Positions 43,059 to 53,948 of a DNA stretch of 64,000 nt are shown piece after piece. The first letter of the stretch is position 1. Each line of letters starts with the position of its first letter. The stretch lies in NCBI GenBank assembly GCA_963782915.1, contig CAWALK010000011.1, forward strand, positions 32,001-96,000, written 5' to 3'. The translations under genes and the position numbers were made by a program. The notes under the pieces were generated by a model. The model did no database searches, was not told the origin of the DNA, and saw only the letters and a list, made by a program, of their open reading frames with translations. The DNA is from an uncultured archaeon (GTDB lineage: Archaea > Thermoproteota > Bathyarchaeia > Bathyarchaeales > Bathycorpusculaceae).

Positions 43059-44939
43059 ATGCGGCTTAGCACCCAGTTTAGAATCACTCTTGTTCTCTTC
43101 ACTGCTGTGTTAATCGTTATCTCAGTACCTGCTTTAGTTACCTCTAATCAGATAACTAAAACACGCGAACAAGAAAGTCTCGCAAATAATATAGTTCAAG
43201 GTGCCAGCGAACTGGGCTATTATGCAGGAGATTACGTGATTTATCAACAAGACACCCAGCTTAATCGTTGGCAAACCCGATATGAATCATTTTCTCAAGA
43301 TGTCGCTAACCTAAACGTGGATACCCCAGAGGAGCAATCACTTGTTCTATCCATAAATCAAAGCAAACAGAACATGAAAGAAGTATTTGACAGTATAATT
43401 TCATCAAACCAAAACTCATCGGAGACATTATCAACTTTTCAGGTCTCATGGAGCCGTATTAATATTCAAACGCAAACCCTGATCTCTGATGCTACACAGT
43501 TAGCCCAGTTACTGCGTAGCCAAGTAGATCAACTTAATTGGATAAATATTGAATTAATAGTAGGAACCATAGTGGCTTTTTCTGTTTTTATCGTAGCGAT
43601 CTATTTTCAGACCTTCCGACACACGCTAAAATCAATATATAACCTGCGCGAGGGCACCACAATTATCGGATCAGGAAACTTAGATTTCAGATTAACAGAA
43701 AATAAAAAAGACGAAATTGGAGAGCTATCGCGTTCCTTCAACCAGATGGCAACTAATCTAAAAACGGTAACTGCCTCAAAAGCGGAGTTAGAAAGAGCAC
43801 AAGAAGCCCTAAAAGAAAGCGAGCAACGTTGGTCTACCACCCTTGCAAGTATTGGAGATGCAGTTATTGCCACCGATACCAAAGGCAAAGTTTTATTCAT
43901 GAATGCTATCGCTGAAGAAAAAACAGGTTCAGCTTTAGCAGATGCATTTGGAAAACCCATAACTGAAGTGTTCAACATAATTAACGAGCAAACCCGCCAA
44001 ACCATTGAAAATCCCGTTGCTAAGGTGCTAAAGACTGGCTTAATCGAAGGCTTAACCAACCATACAATTCTAGTGCGCAAAAACGGGGATGAAATCCCCA
44101 TTGATGACAGCGGAGCGCCCATAAAAACTGCTGAAGGCAAAACTATGGGAGTAGTACTAGTTTTCCGCGATGTAACTGAACGCCGAAGGCTCCATCAACA
44201 GCTTGAATTGTACACTAAAGATTTAGAGACGCTTGTTGAGAAAAGAACTAAGCAACTAAAACAAGCAGAACGCATGGCTGCAATTGGCGAAACAGCAGGC
44301 ATGGTAGGTCACGACATACGAAACCCCTTGCATGCGATGTCGGGAGATGTATATTTAACAAAGCTAGACGTCGATGTACTCCCCGATAATGAAACTAAGA
44401 AGGATATACTAGACAACCTCAAAGCGATTGAAGACAACATTTTCTACATAAACAAGATTGTTGCGGATTTACAAGACTACTCAAAGCTTCAAACCCCAGC
44501 ATTGGAAGAGGTTAACCTGAAAGGCACAATCAACAGAATGCTCTCAACAATTAATGTTCCCCCATCTATCAGCATAAATATTTCTGTAGCTGAGGGCTTT
44601 CCTATCCTAAAAACTAACGATGACGCATTAATGCGGATAATGAGCAATTTGGTCTTGAATGCCATTCAAGCAATGCCTGAAGGTGGAGAACTGAATATAA
44701 CAGCTATCCTTGAAGGCAACCGACCAGTAGTATCTATTTCGGATACAGGTCAAGGCATTCCCGAAGATATAAGGCCACATTTGTTTAAGCCATTATTTAC
44801 CACCAAACCGAAGGGTCAGGGTTTTGGTTTAGCAGTGGTGAAGAAGCTAACTGAAGACTTGAGGATAGAAATAAGCTATGTAAGTACAGTGCGTAAAGGT
44901 ACAACGTTTTTCTTAAAATTCCCTCAAACTATCGAATAA
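43059..44939 (+). CDS. Membrane sensor histidine kinase (TM-HAMP-PAS-HisKA-HATPase)
   Basis: DEIGELSRSFNQM, SIGDAVIATD, GHDIRNPL, NAIQAM, FTTK..GQGFGL. Confidence 0.93.
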   Translation: MRLSTQFRITLVLFTAVLIVISVPALVTSNQITKTREQESLANNIVQGASELGYYAGDYVIYQQDTQLNRWQTRYESFSQDVANLNVDTPEEQSLVLSINQSKQNMKEVFDSIISSNQNSSETLSTFQVSWSRINIQTQTLISDATQLAQLLRSQVDQLNWINIELIVGTIVAFSVFIVAIYFQTFRHTLKSIYNLREGTTIIGSGNLDFRLTENKKDEIGELSRSFNQMATNLKTVTASKAELERAQEALKESEQRWSTTLASIGDAVIATDTKGKVLFMNAIAEEKTGSALADAFGKPITEVFNIINEQTRQTIENPVAKVLKTGLIEGLTNHTILVRKNGDEIPIDDSGAPIKTAEGKTMGVVLVFRDVTERRRLHQQLELYTKDLETLVEKRTKQLKQAERMAAIGETAGMVGHDIRNPLHAMSGDVYLTKLDVDVLPDNETKKDILDNLKAIEDNIFYINKIVADLQDYSKLQTPALEEVNLKGTINRMLSTINVPPSISINISVAEGFPILKTNDDALMRIMSNLVLNAIQAMPEGGELNITAILEGNRPVVSISDTGQGIPEDIRPHLFKPLFTTKPKGQGFGLAVVKKLTEDLRIEISYVSTVRKGTTFFLKFPQTIE

Positions 44940-45274
44940 CCGATGCGGAGGTTGTTTGCGCTTCCGTCTTTGAATAGCCGTTGACCGTCACATTTCTTGT
45001 GGGCACTTTGCGTGTAGTACGTTTCTTGTTGGCGCTTACGGTTAACCTTACGCCTAAAATGTAAAGAAAAATGGTTTTGCGATTAAATTCACGAGTCCTG
45101 AAAAGGTTCAATTCTCAGCCGCAGCTCCAATGCTTCAACTTAATAACAAGCCGCTATCCATAACCAAACGGTTCAACAACGGCTGTCAATAGCTGCCCTT
45201 AACTGGGTTATTATACAATCAAACGTGCTCTAAAAGCTAATTAGCATCAAACTGTAACTACGTATTCCCGCAGA

Positions 45275-46876
45275 GTGCATAGCATGAACGCTGATGGCCA
45301 GAATTTCCGCGATTCAATAATCGAATTTTTACCCGACGCCACGTTTGTCATAGACTTAAACGGCAAAATCATAATGTGGAATAGCGCAATGGAAATGTTA
45401 ACCAGCATTCCCCGAGACGCCATGCTCGGCAAAGGAGATTACGAATACGCCCTCCCATTCTACAAACAACGCAAACCAATGCTGGCTAACCTAATTTTCA
45501 TGCCTGAAGCGGACATAGAAAAGAAGTATGACACAGTTGAGCGAATTGGCGACACTCTTGTTGTCGAAATTTTTATCCCAGACTTTCGGCAGGGCGGTGC
45601 GTATCTCTGGGCTAAAGCAAGCCCCCTATACAATTCAGAAGGGGAAATCGTCGGCGCCATCGAAACAATCCGAGACATCACCGACCGAAAACGGGCAGAA
45701 CAAGAGATTATCCAGTCACGCCGCAGCCTCGCAGACATCCTTAGTTTCCTTCCCGACGCTACGTTTGTCATCGATTTAGAAGGCAAAATCATAGCGTGGA
45801 ACAGCGCAATGGAGATGTTAACCAGTGTTCCAGCAGACTCCATGGTCGGTAAAGGTAACTACGAGTACGCGCTTCCATTCTACAAACAGCGTCGTCCAAT
45901 GTTGGCAGACTTAATTTTCATGCCTGAAAACGAGTTAGAAAACAAATATAACACCGTTGAACGCGTCGGGGACACTCTTGTTGTCGATGTCTTTATTCCC
46001 GACTTTAAAGCAAGCGGCGCATACTTCTGGGCTAAAGCAAGCCCCCTGTACAATTCACAAGGTGAAATCGTCGGCGCCATCGAAACAATCCGAGACATCA
46101 CCGAACGCCGCGAAATGGAAGGCCGACTTGCCAAATCAAATGCCGAGCTCCAGATTGCTGCAGAAATACAGAAAAGCTTCCTACCTGAAACGATCCCTCA
46201 AATCCCCGGACTTGAGGTTGCCGCTCGGAACGTCATGGCAAAAGAGGTCGGAGGAGACTTCTTCGACGTAATCCCGTATGAGATTATGTCCCTTGAAAAG
46301 GGCACACATGGATTACTCGTTGCAGATGTCTCCGGAAAAGGCGTGCCTGCAGCCCTCTTTATGGCTTTATCAAGGATTGTGGTTCGAGTGAACGCACTTT
46401 GGCATCACGACCCGGCGAAAGTAATCTACCACTCAAACAACACTATTACGCAGGATTCAAAGTCCGGCATGTTTGTAACCCTGTTTTTCGGCATGTTAAA
46501 TGAGAAAGACCGAACCTTTACCTACGTAAACGCCGGTCACAACCCTCCACTGATATTCCGAAGCCATGATGGAACAGTTGAGAAGCTCCTCCCTACTGGA
46601 ATATGCCTGGGCGTGATTGAGAACGAGGAATATGAATCCCGAACAGTGACGATACAAAAAGGCGATGTACTCATTATGTATACTGATGGAGTTACAGAGT
46701 CAATAAATACCAAAGAAGAGTTGTTCGGGGAAAATCGACTCATCGATATCGGACGGAGCAATGCTCATCTTTCTGCACAGGGGATCCTCGAGCAGATTTT
46801 ATCCAGCGTAAAGGAGTTCTCTAAGGATATGCCCCAGTTTGATGACATCACTCTATTGGTCGTTAAGGGAACGTAA
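45275..46876 (+). CDS. PAS-PAS-SpoIIE (PP2C) phosphatase
   Basis: Two near-identical PAS repeats; VGGDFFD, ADVSGKG, NAGH, YTDGV, DDITL. Confidence 0.92.
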   Translation: MHSMNADGQNFRDSIIEFLPDATFVIDLNGKIIMWNSAMEMLTSIPRDAMLGKGDYEYALPFYKQRKPMLANLIFMPEADIEKKYDTVERIGDTLVVEIFIPDFRQGGAYLWAKASPLYNSEGEIVGAIETIRDITDRKRAEQEIIQSRRSLADILSFLPDATFVIDLEGKIIAWNSAMEMLTSVPADSMVGKGNYEYALPFYKQRRPMLADLIFMPENELENKYNTVERVGDTLVVDVFIPDFKASGAYFWAKASPLYNSQGEIVGAIETIRDITERREMEGRLAKSNAELQIAAEIQKSFLPETIPQIPGLEVAARNVMAKEVGGDFFDVIPYEIMSLEKGTHGLLVADVSGKGVPAALFMALSRIVVRVNALWHHDPAKVIYHSNNTITQDSKSGMFVTLFFGMLNEKDRTFTYVNAGHNPPLIFRSHDGTVEKLLPTGICLGVIENEEYESRTVTIQKGDVLIMYTDGVTESINTKEELFGENRLIDIGRSNAHLSAQGILEQILSSVKEFSKDMPQFDDITLLVVKGT

Positions 46877-47030
46877 CATTGGTTTATTCCCAGCATCTGT
46901 GCAATCAACATCATGAGCTTTTTCGAAAGGTTCAAATCGATTAGCTTTGATTCGGAAGCCCTGTTTGCGCTTGGTTATAAATACAAGAATAACTATAGAA
47001 AAGCTAAATTCACGTTAATGGAGAGTTACC

Positions 47031-48270
47031 ATGTCAACGATAAAATCCGAAGCCCAAAGATGCCTGAAATGCAAAGTGCCCGGATGCGCCAAGGGATGCC
47101 CCGTCTCAACACCTGTCCCACAGGTCTTCAACTTTGTTTTTAGACGGCAAACTCAGAGAAGCCGGAGAATTACTCTTCAACAACAATCCCCTATCCGCCG
47201 TAACCTCCATCATCTGCCCCCACGACAGAAACTGCAAAGGCCACTGCATACTGAATAAAAAGGGCCAACCTATCGAATTCTATAAAGTAGAGCAATATAT
47301 TTCCGGTTTTTACCTTGAAACTTTCCAACCGCCACAGATCCAAAAAAACGGCAAAAAAGTCGCTGTTGTAGGTGCAGGCCCTGCCGGAATAACCATGAGC
47401 ATCACTCTAGCCTTGAAGGGTTACTCGATTACCTTGTTCGATGCAATGGATAGCATCGGCGGCACTCTACGTTATGGCATTCCAGAGTTTAGACTCCCTA
47501 AAAGCATCCTTGATTCATACAAGAAAATTCTCGATTCTTTAGGCGTTAAATTCCGCCCCAACACTCGAATAGGCACTAACATCTCCACCGAAGACATGTT
47601 CCTAGACGGCTATGACTCTATTTTTATTTGCACAGGCACCACTCGACCTAATCGTTATGGTCTTTTAGGTGAAACCCTGGGACATGTACATTATGCCATC
47701 GACTATTTGAAATCGCCTAATGCCTACAAACTAGGCAAGAAAGTCGCAATCATCGGTGCAGGAAACGTCGCCATCGATGCAGCAAGAACCGCCATAAGGA
47801 AAGAACACTCTGAGGTCACTATCCTAAACTGTAAGGGAGCGGAAGATATGAGTGCAGACAAAGCCGAAGTTGAAATGGCAATAATCGATGGGGTAAAAAT
47901 GCTCCATAACTGCCAAACCGTCCGAATAGGCGACGACTTTGTCAAATGCGTAAAATCCGAAAAGAATGTGGCTGAAGATGGCTCAGTAAGTTTTAACGAG
48001 GATTTCCAATCGTCATTTGAGGTTCCTGCTGATTCGGTTATCATTGCGATCGGTCAAGGTCCAGGCGCAGATGTCGTTAGCGTCGGCAGCGCAAAAGTTA
48101 CCAAAAGAGGACTACTAGAGGTTGACGAGTTCGGCCAAACAACGCAGAAAGGAGTATTCGCTGCAGGAGATATAGTCACTGGCCCCAAAACAGTCATTGA
48201 AGCGGTGGCTTTCGCCAAGAAGGCTGCTGTGAAGATCGAGGAATACTGCCAAAACGCGGCTTCTACATAG
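47031..48270 (+). CDS. GltD/SudA-like NAD(P)-dependent Fe-S flavoprotein (frameshift near 47130)
   Basis: EAQRCLKC..C..GCP, VGAGPAG, YGIPEFRLPK, IGAGNVAIDAAR, FAAGDIVTGP. Confidence 0.9.
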
Positions 48271-48374
48271 GTTTACATAGACGCCTTGACTTGCAGGGAA
48301 TACAATTCCAATCCTTTAATCTAACTAACATTTTTATCTTAATGATTCCTCTAGCTTAAGTTAGGTGTCTTATT

Positions 48375-48656
48375 TTGCAAAGTGATTTTGACCTAGACGA
48401 GTACAACATGATTGATATGAATGCAAAAAAAGTTTTAGAAGCACTCTCCGAACTCAATAAAGGCGGGTTTGCCAAAGGCGAGGAGTTGCATAAAAAAACA
48501 GGGTTCACTCCGGAAACCATTAATGGAGCAGTTAAGGTTTTGGAGAAATCGTTGCTTGTCGATAACCCAACCATTTCAGAAAGTCTGCCGCCTTACGATT
48601 TTGTTGCAGTAGAGATCACTGATTTTGGCAGGCAAGTTCTCGAAAAATATGGGTAG
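48375..48656 (+). CDS. Small winged-helix protein
   Basis: ELHKKTGFTPETINGAVKVLEKSLLV..ITDFGRQVL; AGGTG SD. Confidence 0.65.
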   Translation: MQSDFDLDEYNMIDMNAKKVLEALSELNKGGFAKGEELHKKTGFTPETINGAVKVLEKSLLVDNPTISESLPPYDFVAVEITDFGRQVLEKYG

Positions 48657-49109
48657 CAATATTAGCTAATTTAGTTTAGCAATTGCTGAATAATTCAGAG
48701 GGGGCTTTTTTCTGCTAAAAAGGCAGTGGGTTGAATCTCCCTTTAAAGGGTTCAATCCGTAGCTCAGCGTACTGTGAGGGGGTTTTATGCTTTGGGGTTG
48801 AGTGGCTTTTTTGGTTTTTTCTGTGTTTTTAGGGTTTGTGTTTTGTAGACTGGTTCACTTGAGATTGATATTTCTTTTTTTGGCAAGCGCTTTTCCTTCG
48901 TGAGTTTTACTCTGGGTTTGTGGATTTAAGCTTTGGTGTAAGCATGCAAGGGCTTTATGTGGGTTCGATTGTTTGCCCGATTTTTTTTAGATGCGTTTTG
49001 TATTGGCTGTTTTTGCGTATTTAGGAAGCATATTTTGTATCTATATGGTTGATGCTCACCCCTTATATCACATCGTAATATACAATATACGTAATTAAAT
49101 TACAAGCTG

Positions 49110-50225
49110 ATGACAGCAATGAAAGATCCCCAAAAAAATAGAACCCCCATCAACACGCGGCTAAAAAGAATCCTCAAAAGCCGCCTAGCCCTAAGCACAG
49201 TCGTAACCACCCTCATCATACTGGTAATCTCCGTGCTACTGGCAAGCGTAGTAACCTACTTCGCCATAAACGTCGTAAGCACCCGTGTCCAAGAAGAAAG
49301 CTTGCACCTAACAAAACAGCACCTCTGGCACAACGCAGCCGCAACAGCCGGAGCCGCAAACTACTCCATCGCATCACTCATGGTCATCAACACAGGCGGT
49401 CGAGACATAGTCATCGACAAACTAGCCGTCCGAGGACAAGAAAGCCCCTGGAACGACCAAGTAAACAACAAATTCGTCCTCTACGCAATAACAACCGACC
49501 CAATAGCAAGCGACATGCCCTTCGTAGGCAACCTGTCAGCTACAGGCACCAACACCTTAGAGTTGGGCGGCAAAGACTACACCTTCCATTTAGCCGTAAA
49601 CGACTTAGTCTTGCCATCAGGAAACACAATGGTCCTCTACATCGTTAATCCGGACTCAATCACCATCAACGACATTGGCTTAACCGTATCCATCACCTTG
49701 TACACGGCGCAAGCAATGTACTATCGTGAAGCAAACGTGCAAGCATACTACCACACAAACAACGTACAAACAGTCGCCCAAGAGGAAGAACCAGAAGCCA
49801 CGCCTTCACCTACACCCGAACCACAAGCACCTGACGTTACCGTAACCAAACTCGTCGCCTATTATGACGACTCCGGTTCACAGGCAGGTTTCGTTATAAC
49901 AAATAATGAAGACAGTGCCATTACTATCGCAGGCTTAAAACTTAACAACGTAGCTGAAGAAAACATGTATGCTGCTGTAGGATCGTTCACAGTAGAAAAT
50001 GCCCTTGCATACATTGCTAATGGATGGCTTGACGTTAACGTTCAGGGACATGACCTTGCAGGTGCGGCATCATGCACTATCCCAGCGGGGCAAACAGCAA
50101 TCATATACATATCCGGCGCAGGCTTAGAAGAAGCCGACGTGGGCCAGTCCGTCAACCTTGCAATAATGTTCGAAGATGAGACGCTTATCCTTGAGCCAGT
50201 AACTGTTCAGGCTGAACCCTTATAG
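49110..50225 (+). CDS. Archaellin/type IV pilin-like protein with an additional C-terminal domain
   Basis: Class III-like signal (K/R-rich, then A|LSTVVTTLIILVISVLLA); INTGGRDIVIDK motif. Confidence 0.75.
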   Translation: MTAMKDPQKNRTPINTRLKRILKSRLALSTVVTTLIILVISVLLASVVTYFAINVVSTRVQEESLHLTKQHLWHNAAATAGAANYSIASLMVINTGGRDIVIDKLAVRGQESPWNDQVNNKFVLYAITTDPIASDMPFVGNLSATGTNTLELGGKDYTFHLAVNDLVLPSGNTMVLYIVNPDSITINDIGLTVSITLYTAQAMYYREANVQAYYHTNNVQTVAQEEEPEATPSPTPEPQAPDVTVTKLVAYYDDSGSQAGFVITNNEDSAITIAGLKLNNVAEENMYAAVGSFTVENALAYIANGWLDVNVQGHDLAGAASCTIPAGQTAIIYISGAGLEEADVGQSVNLAIMFEDETLILEPVTVQAEPL

Positions 50226-50326
50226 GAGAAGCCAAGTAAGTACCAAAAATAGGCGGCAACCAGTAGCCCCTCCATGTTTAGGCGGTCTGGCTGCCGAAAC
50301 CTAAAATTTTTATTTTTTTGCTTTGA

Positions 50327-50734
50327 TTATGTTTTTTTGAAGTATTCTTTTAGTGGATCCCAATAAAACTCTATCCAGCCCTGCTCAACCTCACTCGCCT
50401 GCACTTTAGGAACATTCGAATGCACCATACAAATCTCTGTGCCCCCTGGAACCGCATTAAAAGTCAACTCCAACTTCGAAGCCGGATAACCTTCCTCCCA
50501 ATCCGTGGTAGTCCACTCCTGCACAACACGTTTGCCATCGTCTAAAACAAGGTATTTGCCAAAGATGTATCCATCCCAACTTGAGTATTTGCCGCCAACC
50601 GAGGGTTTGCCGGTAGCTTTGCTGTCGGTAAATTCACTTTGTTTTTTAGGGTCGACATATGCATCGTAGACTTGTTTGGGGGATGCATTGGGGATGATTA
50701 CGGTTTGTTTTATGGTTGTTACTTCTTGCTTCAA
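50327..50734 (-). CDS. SRPBCC/AHSA1-like protein
   Basis: ASPKQVYDAY, VQEW, GWIEFYW; GAGGT SD before TTG. Confidence 0.88.
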   Translation of the reverse strand: MKQEVTTIKQTVIIPNASPKQVYDAYVDPKKQSEFTDSKATGKPSVGGKYSSWDGYIFGKYLVLDDGKRVVQEWTTTDWEEGYPASKLELTFNAVPGGTEICMVHSNVPKVQASEVEQGWIEFYWDPLKEYFKKT

Positions 50735-50815
50735 AGACCTCACGCCTAAATAGTGCACTATGCGAGGGAGCATTTAACTTTTGGCTGTCGCTGGCTTGTT
50801 AGCTATGAAATTGGT

Positions 50816-50923
50816 TTAGATGAATAGTACAAGTACCACTACTTCGGCCAGAACGGCTACGGTTAGAATCCTGTTTAGTCGCTCCACACGTTTAATCATC
50901 CGTTCAAGTTCATTATTATCCAT
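50816..50923 (-). CDS. 35-aa single-TM protein (not in the ORF track)
   Basis: MDNNELERMIKRVERLNRILTVAVLAEVVVLVLFI*; GGTGGTGA SD. Confidence 0.6.
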   Translation of the reverse strand: MDNNELERMIKRVERLNRILTVAVLAEVVVLVLFI

Positions 50924-50960
50924 CTCTTCACCACCCAGCCATTTTCGGTTTTTTGTTATC

Positions 50961-51200
50961 CTACAGGAAAGAGATCAAGATTATTACAGCAAGTGTAGCT
51001 ACGCCCAACCCCGCCGCAGCATAGCTTAAGAGTTCCGTTCGCCTCATCGCCTTTTCTAAGCGTGCATTCAACTCTGCATTACGAGATGCATCCATCGCTG
51101 ATGATTGAGCACTCGAATTCGGGGCTATTACAGCGTTGCAGCTGCCACAGACAACCGCATCCGCCAAGACCGCGGCACCGCATTGTGGACAGATAGGCAT
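50961..51200 (-). CDS. Zinc-ribbon protein with C-terminal TM
   Basis: CPQCG..CGSC, coiled coil, TM. Confidence 0.75.
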   Translation of the reverse strand: MPICPQCGAAVLADAVVCGSCNAVIAPNSSAQSSAMDASRNAELNARLEKAMRRTELLSYAAAGLGVATLAVIILISFL

Positions 51201-51341
51201 ACTTGTTTCCTCTAAGTAGGCAATGGCAAAATAGGAATTATAGCTTTTGCCCAATTCTACAACTCAAAGCTAAGCGTTGGTTTACCGCAAGAAATAAATC
51301 GCTACCAAAACAACTTCTTCACCGTTACCGTCTCCTCCAAC

Positions 51342-52298
51342 ATGGAGAAAACCATGAATCTGCCGTTAAATAAGAAAACCGCCATAATCACAGTCATCGC
51401 TATAGCGGTTATCCTGAACTTCAGCATCTTTATCCAAGCTTATCCGCTAACTTTTACGCCGCAAACGCCTACGTTAGAGAGGGACTTTTCGGCTTATTAC
51501 ACGGGGGCATGGCGATTATTCAACAACCCAACCCAAGTCTATTATGACGGCAGCTTACCCGGCGACTACGCGCTCGTGGGGCAACCGCAGCCATTCAAGT
51601 ATATCCCCAACTTTTTGATTCTTTTTGCGCCCTTTACAGCGCTAAACTATCAGAATGCACTAAACGCCTTTGACATCATCCAGTTCCTCTCCATGATAGC
51701 GCTGGCTTTCTTTTCCTATAAACTGGTTAAAGACAGGAACTTATTTCTTGCCGCGGCAGTCGTGCTCATTGTATTGGTGCAACCCATCCTTATCTCGCCG
51801 TCTATACAATATGACGACGCAAACTTTCTGCATTACCGCATGCTAAGCTTAAGCGTTCAAACCTTCTCGCCAAGCTACCTCTGTGGCTATACCTTAGCCA
51901 ATGCACATATACTCCAAAACACCCTGCTGGTAGGCGCTCTATACTTCGCGTTTTCTAAGAAGCCTTGGTTGTCAGCGTTAATGTTTACGTTTGGGGCATT
52001 CGACCCGCGGGTTGCACTTGTTGCAGCTCCGCTTCTGTTGTGGTATAACAGAAAATCATTACTGAAATTCTTGGGTGCCACAGCTGCTTTACTCGCAATT
52101 ACAAACCTGCCCTTCTTCCTCTATAGCGGCATCGGCGAATCATTCCTGAATACTGTTGTGACTGGCAACGTGGTTTCCCAGATGTACCTCTACGAGTATA
52201 TTCCGCTCTACTCAATTGCCGCCTTGACAGCACTTGAATTGATAACGGTTCTCTATAACCGAAAAAACAGTTTATCTCTTAAAATAAAAAAGAATTAG
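51342..52298 (+). CDS. Multi-pass membrane protein, GT-C (family 87-like) glycosyltransferase candidate
   Basis: DFSAYY.GA..., FKY.P.F..LF.PF motif after the first TM. Confidence 0.6.
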   Translation: MEKTMNLPLNKKTAIITVIAIAVILNFSIFIQAYPLTFTPQTPTLERDFSAYYTGAWRLFNNPTQVYYDGSLPGDYALVGQPQPFKYIPNFLILFAPFTALNYQNALNAFDIIQFLSMIALAFFSYKLVKDRNLFLAAAVVLIVLVQPILISPSIQYDDANFLHYRMLSLSVQTFSPSYLCGYTLANAHILQNTLLVGALYFAFSKKPWLSALMFTFGAFDPRVALVAAPLLLWYNRKSLLKFLGATAALLAITNLPFFLYSGIGESFLNTVVTGNVVSQMYLYEYIPLYSIAALTALELITVLYNRKNSLSLKIKKN

Positions 52299-52325
52299 TT
52301 GAAGCAGTAAAGCCTCAGTTGAAGT

Positions 52326-53948
52326 TTACTCCTCTGCTTTGGCGCTTCGGGGCTTTATCAAATTGTAGATCATGCGCAGGGGCATAGGAGCAATGGAAAT
52401 CTTGCCTTCCTTAGCGTCCTTTATCATAGCAGGTATGTCGCAATCATAGTCTTGCTGGCAAGTCTTGATTAACTTTTTACCCTGCCCAATAGCATAGTTA
52501 AAGACCAAACGTACACCATAGCCCTTGGTTCTGCTCATTGTTGACATGTACTCTTTTAGTAGCACATCACTCCAATCGAGGTTCTGTTCCCAGCATTTCA
52601 AGAATAGCTCGCTTTGTTTGCGTGTTATGTTTTGAATTTGGAAAGATTTTGCTTTATCCTTGAGGCCGCCTTCGCTAACCATGAATAGGGGCACGATTAT
52701 GCTTCTGCAGGGTTTGAGTCGGCTGATCAAGTCGATTGTTAGTTGTGTGTCTTCTTCTGTTTCGCCTGGAAGCCCAATGATGAGCGTAGAGAGGGGAACC
52801 CAGTTGCTTTGGTTTAGGATGTGGAATGCATCCTCTACGACGCGTGGCCACTCTTCGGGGGTAAAGGGTTTGGCTTTGCCTGCCATTAGGTTGCCGATTA
52901 TTTTTGGGCTGCCTGTTTCGATGCCGCATTGCCCACTCATCCAGCGGGGTCCATCTTTGGGTACTTCTAAAATCGCGGATAAGTCCTTGATTAACTCGGG
53001 GGCGCTGGCAACTGAGGATAATGCGAAGTGGCTTATGCCGAGTCCTTTGACGCCTGGGTGATGGTAAACTGTGCTGAATAACTCTTTAACGGCTTCCTGA
53101 TTGACTTCTAAACCATTTGCCTTGTACCGCAGCACGTCTTCGGCGTGGAGTAATGGTTGACGGCCTAACTTTAGGTTTACATCTACCTCTTTTAGGATGC
53201 TTTCAATCGATGCACATCTGAAACGTTGAAGCGTGGGGACACAAAACGCGCATCCTCTACCGCAGCCACGGGCAATCTCAACTATGCCATCAACTGTTCC
53301 ATCGCGAATGCTGGAAATGTCAGTTAATTCCGCAACGGGACCATTAACAACACCTGGCAAGGGGTTACCTTGGGCTGCGTCGTTGCAGAGTTGATAGATG
53401 ACTTTTTCGCCTTCCCCTATAACGGCACAGTCGATACCCAACTCTTTTCGCCTCTCCTCAGGCTCCAGTTGCCAAGCGCCTGCGCCGCCAACGATAATTT
53501 TTGGCTTATACTGCTGCACGGCTGGGTGGTTGAGTATTTCTTTGAATTTGACTGTCATGTAAGCGTCTGGTTTGCCGAATAACTGGGTGAATGTGGATGT
53601 TGCTGGACCTAAGCCTAAGGGGTCGTTTTCGGTTATGCATAGTACTTTTGTGTTTGGGCCTACTACTTTGTCTAGGTGGTCGGGGTGGGCGACGATTATG
53701 TCTTGTTTGTTGATGCCGCTGTCGAGTAGTTTGGCTTCCATTTTTCTGGTTCCGCAGGGCGCAAATTTGGCTGATCCGTCCTTGTTTACCTTAACGGATG
53801 GGCAAAACGCTGCGAAGTATAGGCTGTCTGGGATGATTCCCTGTGGTACGCATGCGCTAAAGCCTAGGAATATGCCTCCGTTGTATTCACTCATAAGTGT
53901 GCGGTCGGCGGTTAGTACGATTTTGTAGCCTTGTTTTGTTTTTTGCAT
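52326..53948 (-). CDS. Radical SAM protein resembling the GDGT ring synthase (Grs) family
   Basis: IVLTADR N-terminus, APCGTRK.EA.L, EIARGCGRGCAFC, GIETGS, IIGLPGET. Confidence 0.75.
   Translation of the reverse strand: MQKTKQGYKIVLTADRTLMSEYNGGIFLGFSACVPQGIIPDSLYFAAFCPSVKVNKDGSAKFAPCGTRKMEAKLLDSGINKQDIIVAHPDHLDKVVGPNTKVLCITENDPLGLGPATSTFTQLFGKPDAYMTVKFKEILNHPAVQQYKPKIIVGGAGAWQLEPEERRKELGIDCAVIGEGEKVIYQLCNDAAQGNPLPGVVNGPVAELTDISSIRDGTVDGIVEIARGCGRGCAFCVPTLQRFRCASIESILKEVDVNLKLGRQPLLHAEDVLRYKANGLEVNQEAVKELFSTVYHHPGVKGLGISHFALSSVASAPELIKDLSAILEVPKDGPRWMSGQCGIETGSPKIIGNLMAGKAKPFTPEEWPRVVEDAFHILNQSNWVPLSTLIIGLPGETEEDTQLTIDLISRLKPCRSIIVPLFMVSEGGLKDKAKSFQIQNITRKQSELFLKCWEQNLDWSDVLLKEYMSTMSRTKGYGVRLVFNYAIGQGKKLIKTCQQDYDCDIPAMIKDAKEGKISIAPMPLRMIYNLIKPRSAKAEE

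Noticed and set aside
48700-48800. Degenerate copy of the dispersed repeat and an imperfect hairpin
   Set aside because: Similarity is limited to short G/T-rich words and is too weak to call without a profile search
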